A DNA stretch of 64,000 nucleotides from an uncultured candidate division Zixibacteria bacterium (GTDB taxonomy: Bacteria; Zixibacteria; MSB-5A5; UBA10806), in the NCBI GenBank assembly GCA_963817915.1, contig CAWFQL010000003.1, forward strand, positions 104,129 through 168,128. The letters are read 5' to 3'. Shown piece after piece: positions 30,312 to 41,052 of this stretch; the stretch's first letter is position 1; each line of letters starts with the position of its first letter. Under the pieces are notes generated by a model. That model was not told where the DNA came from and made no database searches. It was given only the letters and a program-made list of their open reading frames with translations. The translations under genes were made by a program, and so were the position numbers.

Positions 30312-32061
30312 ATGAGAAACGGGAAACGTTCATCGCTGTGGCTATTAAAGCCCTACATGCTAAAATATAAAAAGCTATGGATTGCCGGATTTATATCGGT
30401 GACAGTATCAACAGCATTTGCGGTCGCGGCACCGTGGATTTTGAAGAACGCGATAAATTCATTGAGTACCAATGTTACTACCGATGGATTGCTCGGATAT
30501 GGTTTCGCGATTGTCGGCGTGACAATCATGTCAGGGATTCTTACGTATTTCATGCGTCAGACAATGATTGTAGCATCGAGGCGGATCGAGTATGATTTCC
30601 GCAACGATTTCTTCGCGCATCTAATGAAATTGGATAAACCATTTTACGATAAAACTCCGACCGGCGATATCATGGCCAAGGCTACTAACGATATCGATGC
30701 TGTCAGGAATATGATCGGGCCGGGGATTATGTATTTTTATTCGACAGGGATGACGCTGATATTCGCGTTGACATTGATGATGAATATAAGTGTCAGCCTG
30801 ACGTTTCTTTCGATATTGCCGATGCCGATTATTTCGGTCTTAGTATTCCTGTTGGGCCGCGAGCTCAATAAGCGATTTGCCGTGATTCAAAAACAATATT
30901 CGACAATCACCGCCAGAGCGCAAGAGAGCTTTTCAGGTATTCGTGTGGTAAAGGCGTATGTGCAGGAAAACGCGGAATTAGATGATTTTTCGAAATTGAA
31001 TAAAGACTATATGACAATGAATATGTCGATGGTCAAAATCTGGGGGATGTTTTTCCCCGCAATTGTGCTCTTCAGCGGAACGGCAGTCGTGATGGTGCTC
31101 TGGTTCGGCGGTAAGGCAGTAATCGCGGATAAAATCGGAATCGGCGAATTCGTGGCGTTCATAATGTATCTTCTAATGCTGATCTGGCCGATGGCGGCTT
31201 TGGGATGGGTGATCAGTATGTATCAGCAGGGGAAGGCGTCGATGGTCAGGTTAGAATCGATGCTGAATTCTCAGCCGATAGTGCAGAACAATGTCAATGC
31301 GGCAGCCCGTCCCATAATGGGGAAAATTGAATTTCGCAATTTGAGATTTTCATATGATAATAAAGAAGTAATTAATGGGATCGACGCCGTAATTGAAGCC
31401 GGAACCAATGTAGCAATCATAGGGGCAACCGGCAGTGGAAAGACGACGCTGGTTTCGCTGTTGACATTGGCGTATCCCGTAGAGCGCGGGATGATATTCA
31501 TCGATGATATCGATATAAATGAATATACATCTGGAATCGCTTCGTTCGCAGATTTCGCCGGTAATGCAAGAGACGTTTCTATTTTCGGAGACTATCAAGA
31601 GCAATATCTCTTACGGAAATTACGGGCAGGGCATAGAGAGCGTGATGAATTCCGCCGCCGCTGCCGGAATCTCGAAAGAGATAAATGAATTTCCACATAA
31701 GTATGATACGATAGTCGGTGAACGAGGGATAACATTATCAGGCGGACAGAAACAGAGGACGGCATTAGCAAGAGCGTTAGCGGCAGACCCGAGAGTGCTG
31801 ATTTTGGATGACGCGTTTTCATCGGTGGATACGCATACCGAAGAAGAGATATTAACCAATATCAGGCAGATTCTGCATGGGCGGACAAGCTTCATGATAT
31901 CGCACAGGATATCCACAGTCAAAGATGCCGATTTGATATTGGTAATGGCCGACGGCAAAATCATCGAACGGGGGACGCACGCCGAGCTCTTGGAATTGAA
32001 CGGCTTCTACAAAGAGCTCTATCAACGTCAGCTTATCAAGGAAGAGTTAGAAGCGCTTTGA
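30312..32061 (+). CDS. Heterodimeric ABC exporter subunit 1 (TMD-NBD; apparent +1 frameshift near 31522)
   Basis: TGDIMAKATND, Walker A GATGSGKT, LSGGQKQR, degenerate Walker B ILDDA, SHR. Confidence 0.9.
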
Positions 32062-32609
32062 GCTTTCTCTCCAATCAGGTTGAACGGATGGAAGAACTTT
32101 ACGGCCATCCGGATCAGCTTTCAATCACAATCGAAACATCGCAATCAGAATTAAATCGTATTAGAGACAGCATGCATCATGGACGCGCCCATGATGTGAC
32201 GATGTTTATTCGTAAAGGGGATGAATATATTTTTATCGCCAAACCGTTCTACCCGCCGGGGCTGTATCGCGCGCCATCGGGCGGAGTTCACAGGGGCGAG
32301 GATTTTATCGCGGGCGCCAAACGAGAGGCGATGGAAGAGACCGGAGTGGCAATCGAAATTGAAAAATATATAATCAGAATTAAAGCTCGTTTTGAATCGG
32401 CATCCGATCATATCGATTGGACTTCGCATGTCTTCATGGCCAGATATTTGAGCGGCGAAATTAATCCAATAGATACGGACGAAATCAGCGAGGCGCGGTT
32501 GGTGCGACTTGAGGAGATACAAAAATTCAGGGAAATCATGCTAGCATCGGATAGAGCGGGGTTTAAGTATAGGGCGTTTTTGACTGATGAAGCGGTTAAG
32601 AGGTTGTAA
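32058..32609 (+). CDS. NUDIX hydrolase
   Basis: Nudix box PSGGVHRGEDFIAGAKREAMEETG; overlaps the ABC gene stop. Confidence 0.88.
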   Translation: MSFLSNQVERMEELYGHPDQLSITIETSQSELNRIRDSMHHGRAHDVTMFIRKGDEYIFIAKPFYPPGLYRAPSGGVHRGEDFIAGAKREAMEETGVAIEIEKYIIRIKARFESASDHIDWTSHVFMARYLSGEINPIDTDEISEARLVRLEEIQKFREIMLASDRAGFKYRAFLTDEAVKRL

Positions 32610-32631
32610 ATATTAATTTATCACAGAAGTC

Positions 32632-32792
32632 GTAGGGCGGAACCCCTGTGGTTCCGCCGATTTGTTTGAATTTGTAAAAAAAGGGCCCGAACCGCAGGGG
32701 TTCGGGCCTACAAGGCTTCGCCTGCGGTCAGGGCAAGCCCTGACGCGCACAATTTTTAAGAAAGAGCCCGAACCGCAGGGGTTCGGGCCTAC
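32632..32792. repeat. GTAG-REP cluster: three family B units and one family C half-unit
   Basis: GTAG-GGCGGAACC-cctgt-GGTTCCGCC at 32632; two identical 27-nt inverted copies at 32685-32711 and 32766-32792; TGCGGTCAGGGCAAGCCCTGACGCGCA between them. Confidence 0.85.
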
Positions 32793-32804
32793 GAGGCTAT
32801 CGCG

Positions 32805-33686
32805 TCATCGGATTTGATTCAATTCATTGCTCTGAAAAAGTCTCTCTAATCTCACCGGGCAATTTTCGGAATCGGTTACGCCGCGAAGGCAGAAGAAACG
32901 GCGATAATAAATAGTTGTCTGACGTGAATTATCTTCTATATCAACCAACGAACAATAGGCGCATTTTTTGCATTGATCGATTGAGCCGGAAATGATTTTA
33001 CCGGTGGCTCTGGCTATGATGGCCTTTGATAACGATAGCTGTCTGGAGTTGCCATTTTTTGTGATATCGAGCCGTCGGGGTCGTTGGAGGATAATTCGTC
33101 CGCGGGATTCGCTGAAGATGGCATCGAGCTCTACTTCATCACCCTCGGCCAGACGGGTTTTATCGAGCATCGAGCCCGATATTTTCAGATAGATTTTGTC
33201 ATCGAATAGCTGATTGTCGAAATAGCCTCGGGCAAATGAGATATAGAAGCCATCCATTTCGATCGACGGATATTCAAATTCGATTGTCATTTTATAGTGC
33301 GGTTGAATCCTGTCGATAACGCCGGAGAATTTGACGGTCTTATCATTCATAGATTCCAGCCAGCCTTGATAGGCATGCATGCTATCGATGAATTCGCGCA
33401 GTTGAGCGTCGTCTAAATTTGTTTCAGGAATATGAGTAATTTTGTCTTCGTGATATTGTTTGCATGAGAAACAGCCTCGTCCGACATGCTTGAATTTGCG
33501 CGGACAGGGATGGCCCTTCTCCAATGCGTGGCAACGCCAGAGGAATTCGACACAGCCGGAGGGATGGCATTTTTTCAATTTGATTACATGATAAGGCGAG
33601 ACCGAATATCCGAATTGCTTATGCAGAGGATGTCGGCAAGAGAATATGCCGGGGCATTTGTAGAGATTTTTGATGGACTCGGGCAT
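32805..33686 (-). CDS. Cys/His-rich hypothetical protein, probably metal-binding
   Basis: 293-aa ORF 12 nt after lepA; Cys clusters at both ends, beta-rich middle. Confidence 0.8.
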   Translation of the reverse strand: MPESIKNLYKCPGIFSCRHPLHKQFGYSVSPYHVIKLKKCHPSGCVEFLWRCHALEKGHPCPRKFKHVGRGCFSCKQYHEDKITHIPETNLDDAQLREFIDSMHAYQGWLESMNDKTVKFSGVIDRIQPHYKMTIEFEYPSIEMDGFYISFARGYFDNQLFDDKIYLKISGSMLDKTRLAEGDEVELDAIFSESRGRIILQRPRRLDITKNGNSRQLSLSKAIIARATGKIISGSIDQCKKCAYCSLVDIEDNSRQTTIYYRRFFCLRGVTDSENCPVRLERLFQSNELNQIR

Positions 33687-33698
33687 TATTTTCTTGCC

Positions 33699-35499
33699 TC
33701 ATTTCTCCACCTGCAGGATGGCGAGGAAGGCTTCCTGTGGGATTTCGACCTGACCGACCTGCTTCATGCGTCGTTTGCCCTCTTTTTGTTTTTCGAGTAA
33801 TTTCCGTTTGCGGGTGATATCGCCGCCGTAACATTTGGCGGTAACATTCTTGCGGAGCGGCGAAACCGATTCGCGGGATATGACCTTATTGCCGATAGCG
33901 GCCTGAATGACAACCTCGAATAATTGACGCGGGATCAGCTTTCTGAGCTTCCCGCAGAGAGAACGGCCCCAATCGTAGGCTTTATCGCGGTGAATGATGT
34001 ATGATAAGTGCATCGACCGGATCGCCATTGATGAGGATATCGAGCTTAACTAATTTAGATTCTACATAGCCAAGAAATTCATAATCAAGCGACGCATAGC
34101 CGCGCGAGACCGATTTGAGTTTATCGTAATAATCGAAGATGATCTCCGAGAGCGGCATATCGTAATGGAGATTGGCGCGCAGGGGATCGATATATTCGGT
34201 ATTCTTATAGACTCCTCTGCGGTCGAGGCAGAGCTTCATGATATTGCCGATAAATTCAGATGGTGTAATAATCGAGACTTTTACGAACGGCTCCTCGACA
34301 GATAAAATTTTTCCCGGATCGGGCATCAATGACGGATTATCGACGGCGATCTGGTTTCCATCGGTGGTGTTGACTTTATATTCCACGCTGGGGACAGTAT
34401 TGATAATATCGAGCTCGTATTCGCGGTGGAGCCGTTCCTGGACGATCTCCATGTGCAGCAGCCCCAAAAATCCGCAGCGGAAACCGAAGCCGAGAGCGTT
34501 GGATGTCTCCGGCTCAAATATAATGGCTGAGTCATTGAGTTGAAGTTTTTCGATACCGCCGCGCAAGTCCTCGAAATCCTCGCTGACAGTCGGATAGATG
34601 CCTGCAAAGACCATCGGCTTGGAATGCCTGAAGCCTGGAATCGGCTCTTTGGAGGGATTGGAGCGGATCGTCATCGTATCGCCGACATGCGTATCGGCGA
34701 CATTGCGGATATTGCCGATTATATAACCGACCTCGCCGGCGCTGAGCTGTTCAAGTGGATAATATTTCAATTTCAGATAGCCGAGTTCATCGATTTCATA
34801 TTCTCTATCGTGGGAAAAGAAGCGAATCCAATCTCGTTTTCTGAATGTGCCATCGATTACTCTTACATACGCGACGGCCCCGCGATAATTATCAAAGGCC
34901 GAATCGAATATCAGAGCTCGCGGCGGAGCATCGGGATCGCCCGTGGGATGGGGGACTTGCTTGACGATAGCTTCGAGCAGCTCGGCGATACCGATTCCGG
35001 TCTTGGCGGAAACACGCAAAATCTCAGAACGTTCGACTCCCAAGAGGCTCGCGATATCATCGATTACCCGTTCGGTCTCCGCCGACGGGAGATCGATTTT
35101 ATTGATTACCGGTATGATTTTCAGTTGAGCGTCGAGGGCAAGGAAAAGATTCGATATGGTCTGGGCCTCTACGCCCTGGGAAGCATCGACGATCAAAAGA
35201 GCACCTTCGCAGGCATGAAGTGAACGTGAGACCTCATAGGTAAAATCGACATGGCCGGGGGTGTCGATCAAATTCAGCACGTATTCCTGGCCGTCATCGG
35301 CGGTGTAATTCATTTTGATGGCATGGGATTTAATCGTAATGCCGCGTTCCCGTTCGAGGTCCATGGAATCGAGAATCTGTTTTTTCATATCGCGATGGGC
35401 GATGGTATGAGTTTCTTCAAGCAGGCGGTCAGCAAGGGTAGATTTTCCATGATCAATATGGGCAATGATGCAAAAATTGCGAATGTGCGTCGTATCCAT
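33699..35499 (-). CDS. lepA: Elongation factor 4 (apparent +1 frameshift near 34007)
   Basis: [40 protein letters not shown]-terminal [21 protein letters not shown]. Confidence 0.96.
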
Positions 35500-35557
35500 A
35501 GCCTTGCAATTTAATGAATTTATGGCAGAATACAAGCAGTTGTTTTCGTCAATGTTG

Positions 35558-35628
35558 CGCGTTAGGGTTCGCCCTGACCGCAAAAGGGAGCGGGATGCGG
35601 TCACGGCAAGCCGTGACTCGCAGGAAAA
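35558..35628 (-). repeat. Palindromic repeat, family C copy 2
   Basis: Reverse complement matches 21616-21670; its flank matches the half-unit at about 32723-32750. Confidence 0.8.
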
Positions 35629-35731
35629 CGAGTACAACAGCGAATCATTTTATGAAATTGACATTGAAGATCGGAAATATATATTCAGGCGCATGAATAA
35701 AAATATTGATAATAATAGAAAAAACAAAATA

Positions 35732-36115
35732 ATGGCCGATTTTCCCCATTATCCATTTCCGGCATTTTTAGGATTAAAAATCGAGGAACTGCAATACGGT
35801 ATCGCCCGTTTGAGCTTGAAGGCGCGTGAGGAACTGACTCAGGGGATGAATTTTATCCACGGCGGCGCGTTAACTACGATCTGTGATACCGCGGTGGCAG
35901 TGGCCTTGATGACTATGATAGACGATGATGACAAAATATTGACAATCGAGCTTAAGACGAATTTCATCGCGCCGGCCGACACGGATATTCAGGCTGTCGC
36001 GAGGATATTACATAAAGGCAGAAAAACTGCGGTCGGCGAGGTCGATGTCACGAAAGCTGATGGGACATTGGTAGCGAAATCGCTGGTCACATATTATATC
36101 TACAGGGATAATTAG
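35732..36115 (+). CDS. PaaI family thioesterase (alternative start 35693)
   Basis: FIHGGALTTICD, TIELKTNFIAP, GRKTAV. Confidence 0.88.
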   Translation: MADFPHYPFPAFLGLKIEELQYGIARLSLKAREELTQGMNFIHGGALTTICDTAVAVALMTMIDDDDKILTIELKTNFIAPADTDIQAVARILHKGRKTAVGEVDVTKADGTLVAKSLVTYYIYRDN

Positions 36116-36132
36116 GGCATAATAAAACAATT

Positions 36133-37932
36133 ATGGCGCACGACGGTTACGGACAAGAAGAAGAGATTTTAGGCAAGGCATACGATTCCCGTTTGATGAA
36201 ACGGCTGTATGTCTATCTAAAGCCATATCGTTGGCATATTTCGTTGGCCGTATTGACTCTCGTAATAGCCTTAGTAGCCCAGATTGCCGGGCCATATCTG
36301 ACGATGGTGGCAATCGACAAACATATAAAGACAAAAGATATCAACGGTCTCGGAATTATTATATTGCTATATATTGGGATTATCGCGGTGCAGTTTGGGA
36401 TGCAATATATCCAGATCTATGTAATGCAATTTGTCGGGCAAAAGACGATGTTTAGTCTGCGTATGAAGATATTTTCGCATATCGAGAATTTGGGCTTATC
36501 ATTTTTCGATAAGAATCCGGTCGGCAGATTAGTGACCCGTACTACAAGCGATGTCCAGGCGCTTAATGAGCTTTTCACATCCGGCGTGGTAGCGGTATTC
36601 GGCGATATTATCATGATACTGGGAATAGTCGGCGCCATGTTTTATCTCAATTGGCATCTGGCATTAGTGACATTGGCGGTAGTACCGGCGTTATTTATCG
36701 CAACCATGATTTTCCGAGCGAAGGTAAGGGAATCATTCAGAAGAGTTCGTACCCGGATAGCCAAGCTGAATTCGTTCATTCAAGAGCATATCGCCGGGAT
36801 GTGGGTGGTGCAGAGTTTCGTGGCCGAGAAGAAGACATTCGAGAAATTCGATGATATAAATAGCGATCTGCGGAACAGTCATTTGAAATCGGTATTTTAT
36901 TTTGCGGTATTCTATCCGGTGGTCGAAATTCTCGGCGCTATCAGTCTTGCTTTGATAATCTGGTATGGCGGCGGCGAAATTTTAAAGAATACGCTGACAT
37001 TCGGGGCGCTTGTGGCATTCATTCAATACGCCGACAGATTTTTTTATCCGATTAGAGATTTATCCGAGAAATATAATATTCTACAGCAGGCGATGGCATC
37101 ATCTGAACGGATATTCAAATTGCTTGATGAACAACCGGATGTAAAAGAGCCCGAAAAGCCGGTTGCGATCGGCAAAGTTGACGGTGCAATTAAATTCGAG
37201 AATTTGTGGTTTGCCTATAACGACGAAGACTGGATTTTAAAAGATATCAATCTCGATATCAAGGCAGGGGAACGGATCGCGATTGTCGGGGCGACCGGGG
37301 CGGGGAAGACATCGATTATGAGTCTGCTTTTGAGATTTTATGATTTTCAAAAAGGGGATATCAAGGTTGACGGTGTTTCGATTCGTGACATGTCGGTAAA
37401 AGAGTATCGCAGAAATATCGCATTAGTCCTGCAGGATATCTTCATGTTCTCAGGAGATATCGCCAGAAATGTAAGATTGGGGAATAGCGATATCAGCGAT
37501 CATGATGTCAAAGAAGCATTAAAGACAGTCGGCGCGGATCGATTTATCGATAATCTCGAAGGCGGAATCGAATCTGAAATGCGCGAACGGGGCTCTAATC
37601 TGTCAGTCGGACAGCGTCAATTATTGGCGTTCGCGAGGGCGCTGGTATTCGATCCGAGAATACTGATATTGGACGAGGCCACGTCGTCCGTAGATACGCA
37701 TACAGAAATTCTGATACAGGAAGCGTTGGAGAGACTGCTCAAGGGCCGGACATCGGTCGTGATAGCTCACCGGTTATCGACTATCAAAAATTCCGATCGC
37801 ATAATCGTGATGCACAAGGGGATGATAAAAGAAGAGGGGACTCATTCGCAGCTGCTTGAGTTAGGTGGGATTTATCATCGGCTCTACCAATTGCAGTACA
37901 AGGATCAGGAAATTGCGGATAGGGTGAAATGA
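36133..37932 (+). CDS. Heterodimeric ABC exporter subunit 2 (TMD-NBD)
   Basis: PVGRLVTRTTSDV, Walker A GATGAGKT, degenerate signature LSVGQ, ILDEAT, AHR. Confidence 0.93.
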   Translation: MAHDGYGQEEEILGKAYDSRLMKRLYVYLKPYRWHISLAVLTLVIALVAQIAGPYLTMVAIDKHIKTKDINGLGIIILLYIGIIAVQFGMQYIQIYVMQFVGQKTMFSLRMKIFSHIENLGLSFFDKNPVGRLVTRTTSDVQALNELFTSGVVAVFGDIIMILGIVGAMFYLNWHLALVTLAVVPALFIATMIFRAKVRESFRRVRTRIAKLNSFIQEHIAGMWVVQSFVAEKKTFEKFDDINSDLRNSHLKSVFYFAVFYPVVEILGAISLALIIWYGGGEILKNTLTFGALVAFIQYADRFFYPIRDLSEKYNILQQAMASSERIFKLLDEQPDVKEPEKPVAIGKVDGAIKFENLWFAYNDEDWILKDINLDIKAGERIAIVGATGAGKTSIMSLLLRFYDFQKGDIKVDGVSIRDMSVKEYRRNIALVLQDIFMFSGDIARNVRLGNSDISDHDVKEALKTVGADRFIDNLEGGIESEMRERGSNLSVGQRQLLAFARALVFDPRILILDEATSSVDTHTEILIQEALERLLKGRTSVVIAHRLSTIKNSDRIIVMHKGMIKEEGTHSQLLELGGIYHRLYQLQYKDQEIADRVK

Positions 37933-38711
37933 GCGAATACCTAAATATTGCGACAATTGCGGCCAAAAAGGCAGGGGAGATTCTAAAGAATAATTTCCAT
38001 GGCAGATTGCAGATCGAGAAAAAGGGCGCTGTCGATCTTGTAACCGATATTGACCGCAAATCAGAAGAATTAATAAAAAATATAATCTTGTCGAAATACC
38101 CAGATCATGATTTTATCGCGGAAGAAGGAACGAAATCAGTCAACAGTTCGCGTTATTGCTGGTTTGTGGATCCACTCGATGGCACTACAAATTACGCCCA
38201 CGGGTTTCCCGTATATTCGGTTTCGATAGCATTAGTGGATGGCGATGAAATTATTGCCGGATGTGTTTACAACCCAAATCTCGATGAGTGTTTCACCGCT
38301 GAAAAAGATATGGGGGCTTACTTAAATGGTAAGCCAATTCGGGTATCCGCGACGGCTTTATTGGATGATTCATTGTTAGCAACGGGGTTTCCCTATGATA
38401 TTCGTGAATCCGATGGCAATAATCTTAAAGAGTTTTCGATATTCGCAAGAAAATCTCAGGCTATAAGGCGTGCGGGCTCAGCGGCGCTCGATCTGGCATA
38501 TCTTGCATGCGGTCGTTTCGATGGCTACTGGGAATTCAAACTTAAGCCCTGGGATATAGCGGCTGGCATACTTCTGGTAAATGAAGCCGGAGGCAAAGTG
38601 ACATCATGGGCGGGCGATAAATGTCAAATAAAATTGGGCGAAGTGCTTGCTTCGAATGGCCTGATACATGAGCAGATGCTTGAAGTATTGGGGCAGACGA
38701 GAAAATTATAG
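37929..38711 (+). CDS. suhB: Inositol monophosphatase family protein
   Basis: AEE, VDPLDGTTNYAHG, RRAGSAALDL, WDIAAG. Confidence 0.92.
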   Translation: MSEYLNIATIAAKKAGEILKNNFHGRLQIEKKGAVDLVTDIDRKSEELIKNIILSKYPDHDFIAEEGTKSVNSSRYCWFVDPLDGTTNYAHGFPVYSVSIALVDGDEIIAGCVYNPNLDECFTAEKDMGAYLNGKPIRVSATALLDDSLLATGFPYDIRESDGNNLKEFSIFARKSQAIRRAGSAALDLAYLACGRFDGYWEFKLKPWDIAAGILLVNEAGGKVTSWAGDKCQIKLGEVLASNGLIHEQMLEVLGQTRKL

Positions 38712-38712
38712 G

Positions 38713-39501
38713 TCAGCGATTATCTAATGCGAGCAATTGTTGCACGATTGTTTTAACCTGATTTATTCTGAAGGGCTTTACTAAATAGCCATTGATACCG
38801 TCGGTAGTCGCCATTTCCTGGGTATAGGAATTGGAATACCCGGTAATAATCACCGACGGGATAGCGGGTCGTAAGTTCTTGATTTTCCCGATCAGCTCGA
38901 CACCATTTGAATCGGACAGCATATAGTCAGAAATCACCAGATCGAATTCGTGATTTTCGATAAAATTCATTGCCGACCTGGCATCATTTGCGGCAATAAC
39001 TGAAAATCCGAAGCTCCTTAATGTCTCCTGAAGAACCTGACGAACAGAATCGTCATCATCGACAACGAGGATTTGATGCTTATCGGATTTAGTAGTTTCT
39101 TTGGAGGAATCATTATATTTATTAAGAGTCGAACTTATCAGTTCCTCTACGATTCCAATCCGAAATGGCTTTGACAAAAAACCATCGGCGCCCATCTCTT
39201 GGAAATCCTCGATTGTGGTGCTGCCGGCGTATCCGGTTATGACAATTGCCGGAATATTCGGTTTTTCCTTTTTAATTCTAATAAGGAGCTCGGCGCCGGT
39301 ACCTTCAGGCATATAGTAATCGGTGATTACAAGATCGATTTTTTCCCGCATGAAAATTTGCCAGGCTTCGGAGATATTGCTTGAGCTGTATGTAATATAT
39401 CCCAACGCGTGCAGGGTTTCGCCCAACAGCCTGCGAACGCCGTCTTCATCGTCGACAACAAGAATTGATGTTATCGGTCTTTTGAAATTCTCGTTCATCA
39501 C
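38713..39501 (-). CDS. Response regulator with two tandem receiver domains and no output domain
   Basis: Two sets of ILVVDD / DLVI.DY / ITG / KPF motifs. Confidence 0.88.
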   Translation of the reverse strand: MMNENFKRPITSILVVDDEDGVRRLLGETLHALGYITYSSSNISEAWQIFMREKIDLVITDYYMPEGTGAELLIRIKKEKPNIPAIVITGYAGSTTIEDFQEMGADGFLSKPFRIGIVEELISSTLNKYNDSSKETTKSDKHQILVVDDDDSVRQVLQETLRSFGFSVIAANDARSAMNFIENHEFDLVISDYMLSDSNGVELIGKIKNLRPAIPSVIITGYSNSYTQEMATTDGINGYLVKPFRINQVKTIVQQLLALDNR

Positions 39502-40838
39502 CCTCTAATAACGGAAAGGACCTTTTGGGTCATTTTATCAAGGAGCTCGCTATTGTCGGCCTCAACATTTAAGCGGATTAGCGGCTCGGTATTTGACGGC
39601 CTGACATTGAACCACCAGTCTTTATATTCGACCGTAATTCCATCGATTTTATCTATTTTGCCATCGGAAAAGGTAGATTCTATTTTTTTCAGACTGGCTG
39701 ATATATCATTTACCTTGCTATTGATCTCTCCCGAACGGACATAATGATCAAATTGCGAAACTTGTTTGGACAACGGCATATTGGCTTCCGAGATCAATTC
39801 CAGGCATACAAGCAGTGCAATCAATCCTGAATCCGCGAACCAATTATCTCGGAAGTAGAAATGCCCCGAATGTTCTCCGCCGAAGATGGCGTTGTGTTCT
39901 CTCATCAAAGGTTTGATCAAAGCGTGGCCAACTCTGGTGCGGATTGGAATACCTCCGAGAGATTTGACCAGTTCCGGCACTGCCTTGGAGCAGATGAGAT
40001 TGTAGAGAATTGTAGAGCCGGGATTCTTTTTCAATAAAGCTTTAGCGACCAGGGCAGTGACCATATCGCCGCCGAGAGTCCGACATTTCTCATCGATTAG
40101 AAACACTCTGTCGGCGTCACCATCGAAAGCGGCTCCGAGATCGGCGCCGGTCTCTTTGATCTTGGCCTTTAAATCGGCGACATTCTCCGGCTCGATTGGG
40201 CTGGCCTGATGATTGGGGAATGAACCGTCGAGATCGAAATACATCGGGATTAGCGTGCACGGGAGGTGCTTGAAGACCTCGGGCATTATCATTCCGGCGA
40301 TACCATTGCCGGCATCGACAGCGATCTTGAATGGTTTTATTTTCTTGATATCTATGAAATTCAAAGCGTGACTGACATAATCGGTGAGGATATTTCGCTT
40401 GGTAAAATTTCCCTTTTGAGATGACTTTTTTAATTTGTCAGTCGTAATCAGATTCCTGATGTCGGCGAGTTTGCCATCGCCGGAAAGCGGTATGGCGTCT
40501 CTTTCGCAGATTTTCATTCCGTTGTACTGAGCGGGATTGTGTGATGCCGTTATCATGACTCCGCAATCGTAGCCATATTTTCCAACCGCGAAGTAGAGAC
40601 CATCGGTGGAAATCAATCCTATATCCGTGACATTGGTGCCACCATCGATAAAGCCTCTGATCAATGCTTCTGCCAGTTTATCCGATGACAGCCGCATATC
40701 GCGCGCAACAACCGCGTTTCTGGAATTAAGCAGGTTCGATGTGCCGAGGCCGATCGCGTAAGCGATATCCTCATTTATCTGATCGGGATATGTGCCCCTG
40801 ATATCGTAGGCCTTAAAGATGCTTTCGTTGAATTTCAT
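39498..40838 (-). CDS. manB: Phosphomannomutase/phosphoglucomutase
   Basis: FKAYDIRG, ITASHNP, FDGDADR, GGEHSGH, RPSNTEP. Confidence 0.93.
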   Translation of the reverse strand: MKFNESIFKAYDIRGTYPDQINEDIAYAIGLGTSNLLNSRNAVVARDMRLSSDKLAEALIRGFIDGGTNVTDIGLISTDGLYFAVGKYGYDCGVMITASHNPAQYNGMKICERDAIPLSGDGKLADIRNLITTDKLKKSSQKGNFTKRNILTDYVSHALNFIDIKKIKPFKIAVDAGNGIAGMIMPEVFKHLPCTLIPMYFDLDGSFPNHQASPIEPENVADLKAKIKETGADLGAAFDGDADRVFLIDEKCRTLGGDMVTALVAKALLKKNPGSTILYNLICSKAVPELVKSLGGIPIRTRVGHALIKPLMREHNAIFGGEHSGHFYFRDNWFADSGLIALLVCLELISEANMPLSKQVSQFDHYVRSGEINSKVNDISASLKKIESTFSDGKIDKIDGITVEYKDWWFNVRPSNTEPLIRLNVEADNSELLDKMTQKVLSVIRG

Positions 40839-40926
40839 GATTAAAGACTATCTCAATAATAAAAATCTGTCAAGATTAATTAGATATATCGAAATTTAGC
40901 ATTGTTATGCCGGGTAGAAGACAGGC

Positions 40927-41041
40927 GTCGGGTTATCGTCCGGCACTTTGCCGGACTCAAACGCCGACCTCCAATTCCAAATTCTTCAAATGATGATTGG
41001 AGGTCGGCGTACCGATCCGCCGTAGGCGGATCGAACCCGAC
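40927..41041. repeat. REPIN-like doublet, family D
   Basis: Outer IR GTCGGGTT/AACCCGAC, inner perfect 15-bp IR ACGCCGACCTCCAAT/ATTGGAGGTCGGCGT, a different hairpin in each arm. Confidence 0.75.
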
Positions 41042-41052
41042 AACAAGATTTT

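Noticed and set aside
32632..32792. 27-nt direct repeats as a mini CRISPR array
   Set aside because: Only two direct copies plus an inverted variant, the 54-nt spacer contains another repeat, and there are no cas genes; REP-like instead.
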